A stretch of 63,035 nt of DNA, the filler included, from Intoshia linei (taxonomy: Eukaryota; Animalia; Orthonectida): the NCBI GenBank assembly GCA_001642005.1. It is 8 parts of 8 records of this genome, joined end to end, with 100 filler letters (N's around TTAATTAATTAA, not from the genome) between each part and the next. Parts side by side here need not be neighbours in the genome. Positions count along the whole stretch, not along the records: positions 48,769 to 58,287 come from LWCA01001356.1; positions 58,388 to 61,276 come from LWCA01002238.1; positions 61,377 to 63,035 come from LWCA01002534.1; 5 more parts are not named here. One strand, 5' to 3'. Position numbers and translations under genes: made by a program. Every line of letters begins with the position of its first letter. Position 1 is the first letter of the stretch. Shown one piece after another: positions 53,391 to 63,035 of the stretch. The notes beneath the pieces were generated by a model. That model had not been told where the DNA came from and did no database searches. It saw only the letters and a program-made list of their open reading frames with translations.

Positions 53391-54890
53391 AATAAACATT
53401 TTCTTATTTATCTTTTTTTATTCACCAAAATTTAAAGCTGATTACTTTCTTTTAATCCTTTATTAACAATTTATTATTCTATACAATATTTAAATTAATT
53501 TAAAGAATTAGTTATTTCAAAGTAAAAATAGGATGTTTTTATACTAATTGTACATTGTAATCGATTCACAATAGGCCCTATATATTCATTCAAGAAGCAG
53601 ATTGGTTTAAATTCAAATTAACATATAAAACGTTAATTTTACGGTAAATTTCATAATGTTGATAAATTTTTATTTTCTATGCATAAAGTAACCAATGTGT
53701 AAGAATATTGCTTGTCAGTATATCGCTGTATTTGAAATATCAGATGGAATTTAAAACATGCATATATTTATGTACAGATCCGAACATGCTAAGCTTGAAG
53801 CACCCGTTATCTGAAATTTGTGCATTATGATTCCATTCCTAAAAATAAATAATTTTTAATGAGATTTAATACAATTTATTTAAGGAATTAATGTAGAAAA
53901 TTTTTGTTTTCAAATATTTTCAATAATGTGGATGAGTTGGTATATTATTTTGATTGTCTAGATATTTTTTTATTTTACAAATATTGAGTCTTATTAATTT
54001 ATTTGATAGTTAAAAGTGTGACATAACTGATCCGATTATGAATGATATTAATAACAAAAGTAATTATATTGTTGTAAAAACTCTAACGTATAATTTTTCT
54101 TTCAAATTAAAATTTTCTTGAGAATTTTCACTTTGATTTACTGTTAATTGATTAAATCTTATTTCATTCTTATTGACCAATTTTTATTTTTATAAATATA
54201 TTTAATAGTACTCTTAATTTGTAGATTACTTTTTTCTATTTAGGTTATGTATTTTCGTAATATACACTTGTAAATAAATAACATTTATGAAAATTTATAT
54301 ACAATACACATTTGTAAATTGATTTGTATTTGGTTAGAAATATTTCTTTTAATAGTATTAAAGTTAAATATTGAAACCAGGTAAAATTTCAAGGCTCAGA
54401 TGAGTGCACTGCACTCAATAATATTCTTTTAAAGCATATAGTGTATCCATTATTTTGATTAAACGTTAAACTCGTCATATTAACTCGTCAACTTTATAAT
54501 TTAAAACATAAAAATAACTTATGTATGAACAGTTTTAATAAATTGTAAATAATTTTTACAGTTTTAACATAATAGAAAATTAATTAACAAAATAGTCCCT
54601 ACAACTGCGACAAAAATTAAAATAATTCCAATCAGAGTCAGAGTAAAGATAATAACAATATCAGAGTAAAGACCCGAAAATTACCCCGTATTGGCCATTG
54701 AGCATGATAAGATTATTAAAATATTTATTAGAAAAATAATTGTTTCGACATTTCATTAACATGAAAAGACATTAATATTAATAATAAAAACCTTAAAATA
54801 GTTGTAAATACGATTATCATTTCATAATGATTAGTAAATAAGAAAAAATTTAAAAATAATGGCAAAATATTATTTATTAGACATGCTAAC

Positions 54891-55589
54891 TTATTCGATA
54901 ACATTGATCATCTTTCGATTTCTGGATCTTTTGTTAGCCAACCATTTTCGAATTTGTTTTTTACTTAGTCCTGTGACAATTGACAATTGAGCGACTTCCA
55001 TTGGATTAGCGTATGGTTCACTGCCATGATTACCAAGCCAAACACCGAGAATTTGTAAAACCGTCGGAGAAAATAATTTAACTTTTCCACTGGAACTGCT
55101 TAATCTAGTTATTTTCTTATTTGATGAGATGTCTTGGAAACTGCCGCTCGTCTCATCACTTTTATTCAATTTTTTTGGTTCAGTGTCATTTTGTTTCTCA
55201 TTTGATTTATTTTCACTTTTGACTGACGATTTGCATAAACTTTTAATTTGAAAATAATTAAAATTTTTCTCCTTTATATTTTCTGTTTTTGATTTGTTTA
55301 GAATTGGATTCGCATCTTTTTCATTGTTTATGTTGTCTGTATTAACTGAATTTAAATTATTTAAATAAATTTCATGATTTTCACTTGTTATATGTATTTT
55401 ATTTAATGTTTGATGTGTATCTGAATATAGCTCATTATAATAGTGATAGTTCAATGTTGAAATAAAGCTATATGTGAACACGTTATTTTCCATGTGCAGG
55501 GAATTGTTTTTTAGTCCCATAATGCGTATCTTTGTGTCGACATATCTTTGGTATTCCGTTCTCAGCATATGGGATGATTGGTTTTTCAT
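54891..55589 (-). CDS. Intronless TALE-class homeodomain protein (spiralian SPILE/TALE-like)
   Basis: C-terminal homeodomain FSPTVLQILGVWLGNHGSEPYANPMEVAQLSIVTGLSKKQIRKWLANKRSR with three-amino-acid loop extension. No PBC, MEIS or IRO domain visible. Confidence 0.88.
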   Translation of the reverse strand: MKNQSSHMLRTEYQRYVDTKIRIMGLKNNSLHMENNVFTYSFISTLNYHYYNELYSDTHQTLNKIHITSENHEIYLNNLNSVNTDNINNEKDANPILNKSKTENIKEKNFNYFQIKSLCKSSVKSENKSNEKQNDTEPKKLNKSDETSGSFQDISSNKKITRLSSSSGKVKLFSPTVLQILGVWLGNHGSEPYANPMEVAQLSIVTGLSKKQIRKWLANKRSRNRKMINVIE

Positions 55590-58387
55590 GTTTGATATTT
55601 AAAAAATTTAATTTTCAAATTCGTTTATTAATTTAAAACTTTTATTGTATTTGAAAGAATGATATTTATCGGATTGATATCTTTTTGGTTTCTGCATGTA
55701 ATTAATTTTAATATAGTAATTATTATTTTTACCCAATCATAACGTATTATTATGAAAGCAAACATGTAATAGACACACCCACCACGTAATAAACCTATGT
55801 CTGATTAATTTACCATGGTTATGTTGATATTCTAACACGTTCTGTTTTTTTACAGTTATAAAATAATCAATTTTAACAAAATAGAATGAGTTATATTTAT
55901 TTAATTAAACGTCAAATGAACAAATTTTATTAAATAGGTGCTGAAACGTTGATAGTATTGGTTATAACTGTTTTCAATAAATTTCATAATAAATTATGTT
56001 GAGTTATTTGATAACTATTAAAATCATTTTAAAATTTACATTATCAAAGAGATAGAGATATAGTCTGTAGCGGATCGAGGGTACAAGGGACGCCGATCCT
56101 GGCCTGACAAATTTAATATTGCCTGAATTTTCACGGTCTATCAAAATTTTAATGTATAGATCGAAATTTTTTTATTTATGAATTTTTTAAAATTCACGTC
56201 TATATTTTAATTTATCACCAAACCTAAAAATAAAAAATAAAGTATTCATTTTGATAATGATTATTGCAATATGAACCAAACATAATTATTACATAAGCGG
56301 ATTTTTACCATTTCACATTTTTTATTATGTACTATCCTATGTATATTAAAGGTGTGACAAAATTTTAAAAATTAAGGGCATGATCGGAAAAAGTTGAGTA
56401 ATTAATGAAAAATAATTAATTTTAAAGACAATAAAAAATAATTAAATTAGATAAAAATTATCTAAGCAAAGGGCCAGAGGCCCTTTAAAGTTTTGAACGA
56501 CGCAAAAAACTATTGAGAGCGAAGCGATAAAAAGATTTGAAAAACAGTTGAAAATTAATAAGAGAAAATTAAAGATTTCCTACTTTCTTTTTTGAATATA
56601 AACTCAATAGAAAGGTTTTAATGTTTAATATTATCATTTGAAACAGTTTTTTTGTCAATATTATATGATGAACATTGTAGAATATATTTTAAATTGAATA
56701 ATTACCAGAACTTTGATTCTTCAAACTATTTTCTTTCTAGCTATTTGAATTTTCACACTTCAAAACTTATAAACTGTTTCTTAATTTATTAATTTGGGGG
56801 ACCTTTTAATGAGTGGCTCTGGGTTACAGCCCATATTGCCCATGCTTTAAAACAGCTCTGATTATACTGTGCGCCTGCACTTCTAGTGCGTCATCCAAGT
56901 TAGAATTTTTATCAAAAAAAATAAATTATATAACTTTTTTTAAATTTACTCTTACATTTTTTGCATAACACTACACATTTAAATAAAATATAATTATTAA
57001 ACTTTAAACTGAAACAATATATTAATACTGTTATTTTATGTTGCTAAAAAAAGTTTTCTAACGGAATTCATGTATAATTAATTGCACTATTTAAATTTCT
57101 ATGAAACTCATGAATTAATGCAATTTAGAATTACTATAATGTTAATATAATTATTACAAGATTTAACAGATGAGTAATTAGTGACTCAGTTGTATCATTT
57201 CAATTAATTGATTTTAATTTCTAATTGGAATATTTTATACAAAATATTACTAATTAGTAATTACAAAATATATAACAATCAAAATAATAAAGTGTCAAAT
57301 ATCAGAATTAAATGTTTACAATACTGTATTTTAAATTGCTTACTCAAATAAATAACTAATTTCATTCAATAAAAAAACTACATTATTTATATTGTACATT
57401 AATTAATAAATTAATTTCATGACATACTCAATCAAAGTAAATCAAAAATCAAATTATATTCTGTTGATCATAAACATGTATATCTTCTGTTTAGTTTCTA
57501 ATTTTTAATATCAATAACTGGTAATAATTTGGTTCCATATACTTTTACAGGGGTTTGCGATATATTCTGTGAAAAGTAAAATAATTTTTTATTTGTTTAA
57601 TTACTTTATCAAATAATCAATTTTGATTTAATTGGGGATGACCAGAATGAGAAAAAATTTAAAAATTGAATTTAATTTGATTTTAAAGGTATTAGTATTA
57701 ATTACTCAGTTAATTTATTAATCAAATAGTAACTATTATGTAAAATTGTAAATGTTAGAGGATGAATATTTTAATTAAAAAAATAAAGAACAATAATACA
57801 TCTAATGTAATATACTTTTTACTATATTCACAATTATTTCTGGTCTAATTTGGCCGTGATATGGCAGAGTTCCTACGGTAAACTTTTTTAATTATTTGCG
57901 TTGTAAAGGAAATTAATATTTATACCTCATTATTATAATATCAGCATGGTGACACTCCTTACCACATAGAAACTTATCATTTTTTTACTAAAATTAGCAT
58001 GTTGTCAATTGAGCTAAACGTACCGTACAGATACCCTCCTATGGTGGTTTTAATGATGTTTTAATTTCTCATAATTAACCCCAAAAACTATAGATAATGG
58101 ATAAAATTGTTCAAAAATAAATAATATCGTTTTTACTCGAATGTACCTCGGAACTACTTCATTTAACTGTTGACAACTCCATACAACTTTAAACAATAAC
58201 GTTTTCAATTGAAATGACATTAAATTATTAAACTAATTTTAATTATACTATTTGTGTTTTCACATGTTTTTTTCAATAATTTAATTTNNNNNNNNNNNNN
58301 NNNNNNNNNNNNNNNNNNNNNNNNNNNNNNNTTAATTAATTAANNNNNNNNNNNNNNNNNNNNNNNNNNNNNNNNNNNNNNNNNNNN

Positions 58388-60003
58388 TTAAATAACCTGA
58401 CATAACTGCCGCACCATCGTAAGTCTGACTAATCAATTTATATCGTATTCCACTATAGGAAATTAAAAATGATTCTATTACATCAGCTAACCTCAATGCA
58501 CTTTTATCATTACTGATATCAAAAAAGCCTATAAATCTTTCAATTATTTTAGATTTACAAACACATCTAATTATAATCGATAGTTGAGCATACATTGCAC
58601 AATCTGTTGTTTCATCAGCCTGAACAGATATAAAAAAGCAAAATTCAACTTCGTTATAAATTTCATTATATATGACTTTGTCTATTGAAAATATATCATT
58701 TTAAATTGTCCTTGAAACACCTGTAAAATATGATCCATCTTTGGTTAATAATATTGATTCAAATGAACTATCCATTTTACCAAAGCATTTTAACAGTTCT
58801 CTATAATTGCCTTGATTAATGCTATTTATACCTTCATCGTGACCACGTAATGGCATTTCTTGTTTGCAAAAATATAATACAGCATTGGTTAAATGTTTCA
58901 GGTACTGCCTATTTTTTTTAACATTTATGTTGTTATAGTTTTTTTAATTTGGCCGTTTCATTAAGAGCAGATTCAATATCTATTTTTCCAAATATTTTAA
59001 GGCATTTGTAATTATGTAGATGAGATTGTGATTTACTGTGCCACTTACTATCTCATAAAATATTTCGAAAATTATTATATCCGCTATCTGACCAAGATTG
59101 ACTTAATTTTGGTTTAAAAAGTGAATAAGGCCAGCAGTATACTTTCACATAACCAATCGATTTTTTCGTACCACTTCATTTGAAAATTACGAGTATTCGC
59201 TGTAGTTATTAATAGAGGTGTGGGCCTACCAAATTCAATTATAGATCGCTTTTCAGCAATATTTCGACATTCAAATGGTGTATCTGTCAAACTTTGAATA
59301 ATATCGTTAATCATTCTATGTTAAAATATAATTACACATAAATACACATTAACATACCTTGTAATAAATTAAGTGATTTTTATAAATTTCAGTGAGATAA
59401 AACGAAAATAAACAATAGTAAAAATTAACAAATGTAAATAACACGCAAGAACGATAATAGAAAATATAAATGTTTGTAAAATTGCTATAATCTATTTTAA
59501 TTATTGAGTAATTTACTCTTNATAAATACACATTAACATACCTTGTAATAAATTAAGTGATTTTTATAAATTTCAGTGAGATAAAACGAAAATAAACAAT
59601 ACTAAAAATTAACAAATAAAAATAACACGCAAGAACGATAATAGAAAATATAAATGTTTGTAAAATTGCTACTTGCTAAAATTTACTCTTCATTTTTGAA
59701 TTATGAGTGGAATTAAATATAACTAAAAAACGACATTTATTCGTTGTATTTCATATATAAATTCTAGACAATTAATAATAATGAGAACTTTTTATTTATT
59801 TACTCGTGCTTAACTTGAGCCTTAGGTTAAGTTTTATTATCGTTAAGCAATTTTGTACATTACTGGTGTGTAGAAAATTGTCACAAATTCTATAATTTAA
59901 AAATATTAAAATTAAAAATATTGTGAAATTATTAAATTTATCAACTTCGCAAAATGTCTACTCGTGCTGAGCACGAGTGGCACGAGGTGGAGAGTCGCCA
60001 CTG
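58388..60003 (-). mobile_element. hAT (Tip/ZMYM1-like) transposon 5' part, pseudogenised, truncated by gap
   Basis: CAGTGGCGACTC terminus at 60003. GRPTP..RNFQMKWYEKIDWLC, KQEMPLRGHDE..NQGNYRELL, ADETTD..QLSIIIR..IIERFIGF, QTYDGAAVMSG. Confidence 0.9.
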
Positions 60004-61871
60004 GTGTAAATCTATATAATTGATTCCGTCGGATTTTTTTTAAAAACATGTAAATGCAATTACCAATTTATTTTTGATATTTTCATTTGATTCATCTTTT
60101 AGATTCAACAATTCATTTAGTTTCATAGCAGTGTCAATTCTTAAAGAGCACCATTTTTCCTAATATTAATAAAAAATAAATTGAAACGACAGAAACACAA
60201 AAAATATTACTTTTTAAAACCATATAAGAGTTTTAAGAATATAATACATAAAAAAAATATAAGTTTATAGTTATAATAATTATTTTCATAAATGTAGATT
60301 ATTACTTAATTGTAAAATAAACAATAATTGTAAATTAATCAAATTAACACATATGAACGGGGGAAACCTTAAATATAAAACATTTATGAAAAAATTAAAG
60401 GTTTTCCAAATCAATATTGGAAAAAGGAAAATTTTCCATAAAGAGTTGATAAAATTGTATTTTTATGTTGTGTTTGGAATAGGGTTACCAATATTAAGTT
60501 ATTCTCAACCCGAATTTTTTGGGGAGACTTCTTTTACTTTGGAAAAAAATAATAACAGTTTACACACAATTTTTATTGCAAATTTCAAAATGAATACTTT
60601 AAATTTTTCATAACAAATAGCAAATATCACATTTCAAATAATTTTGATTGAAATAATTAAATTACCTTGAGAAATATCACTTAACCCTGAACCCTGAGTT
60701 GAATTTGAAAACCCGAAGTCTCAGAGGGAAAATAACGCAGTTGGCAAACCTAGTTTGCAATAAGAGATTTTTTCTCATAAGATTTTGTGAAATCGTGTTT
60801 TTCAAAAAAAATATTAGAAAAAAAAATAAAATTTTGATTTTTAAAATAATAATGTAGCGGTCTAGGCTTTGGGATTAATTCCCAATATCTGACAACTCTG
60901 CAATAAATATTACATCCTTACTTATATAATATGCTATGCAATATTTGTTTGTGTGCCTGTGTGTTACCGTTTATTTCCATAACTACCAGCCTTAGAATTT
61001 TATAAAGTCCACATTTCAATTACAGTTTTTTGCGGAGTGTTAGCGAAATAAATTTCAACATCCTAAACTCACATCTTACGGGTCAAACTGTACAATTGTC
61101 CTTTTTTTTACTGAAAACAGCTCTAGAATTAAAAAAATTTAGAAGTGGTACAGTTGTATCTTGTTAACACACACAAAAAATTTAAATCTGAATAAGTAAC
61201 GCCTTCAAGGTAAAAAAAGTACTTTAGTATTTATATATTTTTTTTCCGAAATATTTTATTAAAACAAAAAATGTGANNNNNNNNNNNNNNNNNNNNNNNN
61301 NNNNNNNNNNNNNNNNNNNNTTAATTAATTAANNNNNNNNNNNNNNNNNNNNNNNNNNNNNNNNNNNNNNNNNNNNGTTTTTCTATTTTAAAAATACACA
61401 CTTTTAGTGCTAATTGCCCATCGAATTCTAGGTGGTTTATAAGAAAAATTTTAAATAAATTGAATATACTCTTTAACAATATAATTAAATTAGAATATTA
61501 TTCATTATCGATCATTTATTATTATTATTATTGAACTTAGGGAAGTTCAACTGAATAACGTTAATAATTTTTACGTGCCTTAAATTTAATCTAATTAACG
61601 ATTTATATTAGTTGAATAGTAGATCCCAGAGCCTAAGTTAAAAAAATTTCGCAAACGAATTGTAGTGTTATATAACCATATCCACATCTCAAGATTCTTG
61701 AGTTGGCATTTTAAATTTAAAATACAAATTTATGATATTCAAGATTTTTTTAATGATCAATTTAGCAAATTAATGCCTTGATTTTAAAAAATTTTCTTCG
61801 AGATCCATCCGACGTCGAATCTCGGATACGGTAGATTTGGCACTGGTAGTTCGTTTATCATATATGTATAA

Positions 61872-62328
61872 TAAGGTGATTACTTTTGCATATTTTTTTA
61901 AAAGATCAAAAAGTATATTTCATATCAGGATTATTGGTGATGGTGATCACTTTTCTGAAAAAATTATTCAAATTGGTTGAGTTTGGACCCGGCCACTTGA
62001 CATCGAAATTTTTCCCTAAAAAGTTTAAATTAAACTTTATTTCATAGTAAAATGTTATAAAAATTTCTAACAACTATAAAATGAATGCATATAATTTAAA
62101 ATTAATATTGTCGCGTCATTTTATAAAATTTGAATACTTGACTAATCAATAAATTATCTACATTAAACATACTAATATTATAACATAAAAATTTTACAAA
62201 AGTTGACAAAAACTAGAGATAAAATTCAACATATCACCACTTTTTATACTCTAAAATGGTGATCACCATCACCAATAATCCTGATGGTGAAATATACTTT
62301 TAGATCTTTGAATATGGTGATCACCCTA
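61872..62328. mobile_element. hAT-type MITE
   Basis: TA(A/G)GGTGAT termini, long inverted ATCAGGATTATTGGTGATGGTGATCAC, perfect 8-bp TSD ATGTATAA. Confidence 0.9.
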
Positions 62329-63035
62329 ATGTATAAGTATGTTTGAAATGAAATAAATATATTTTTTTTATTACGCCATAGCAGCTACCACTTCAAAATA
62401 AATGTAAAAGTTTTGATTTAATTTAAATTTTAAGGAGGAATATATAATAAAAACATAGCAGTGTTACATTAGTGACATGTTCAGGACAATTTTTAAAAAA
62501 TATTATGTGGATCACATAAATTTTTTTTTACAAGTAGTTTACGGTGGAAAAAGTTTGGGAACCACTGTTCCATATGATATTGATCCATATGATGTGGACC
62601 AAGAAAATTTCATAATAAACAACATTATTAACAAGAAATGTATAGTAATTAGTTTCAATACTGATGAAAATTCTGCTTCTGAAGAATCAGAACATATATC
62701 CTCAACAGATTGAATTACGTACGTTGAGGCAATTATGCATATTCATAATCTCAAAAATTTTTTTACAGAAATCATTCCTTAAAAAATTGGTGCAATATTT
62801 GCTATAAAATAAATTATATATACGAAATTAAAAAAAGAAGAAGAACCCTCAAACATTAATTATATAATTAGGAAGTAATAAAATTTATAATTTTATATTT
62901 TTCCTTATTTGATTCTATTTTTTTAATAGTGAACATACGAATTTTTGAAATTTTAGTGTTCCTTAGACTTGAGTTTGATTATACTTCATAACCATTAAAT
63001 GTTACTTAAATACATTGCCTTTAAATTTCTTCATA

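Noticed and set aside
59334-59690. ~185-bp near-perfect tandem duplication
   Set aside because: Junction is a single N (59521), typical of an unmerged contig overlap.
62477-62713. 78-aa ORF
   Set aside because: Runs through a hAT MITE terminus (AAGTTTGGGAACCACTG); no recognisable domain.

Overview
Very AT-rich eukaryotic (animal) genomic scaffold. Genes are compact and broken by many ~35-40 bp GT-AG introns, plus a few kb-size introns swollen by DNA transposons. This style, together with a spiralian-type TALE homeobox, suggests a reduced spiralian genome such as the orthonectid Intoshia (inference, not verified). Host genes recovered by manual splicing: RER1 (+, complete), the 3' end of STOML2 (-), an unknown W/'IxxEE'-repeat protein (-), cystathionine gamma-lyase (-, 3' end lost in a gap), a complete GlyR/GluCl-like Cys-loop chloride channel (-), an Ig-domain type I membrane receptor with an ITAM-like tail (-), the 3' half of PSMB1 (+), a small single-pass membrane protein with an ITIM-like motif (+), TBC1D32/broad-minded (-, 5' truncated), the 3' half of VPS33B (+) and an intronless TALE homeobox gene (-). 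There is also an intact 297-aa ORF made of a transposase-type HTH plus a 240-bp duplication. Decayed mobile elements fill much of the rest: Tc1 (including a DD37E/TRT-like copy), IS630-like, Tc3-like, pogo/Tigger, several hAT types and MITEs with TSDs, MULE, piggyBac, a Crypton-like tyrosine recombinase, a retroviral-type integrase and a dispersed Helitron-like family. Seven 100-bp gaps carry an artificial TTAATTAATTAA linker. No rRNA, tRNA or CRISPR was recognised. All family calls come from recalled motifs; no database search was run.
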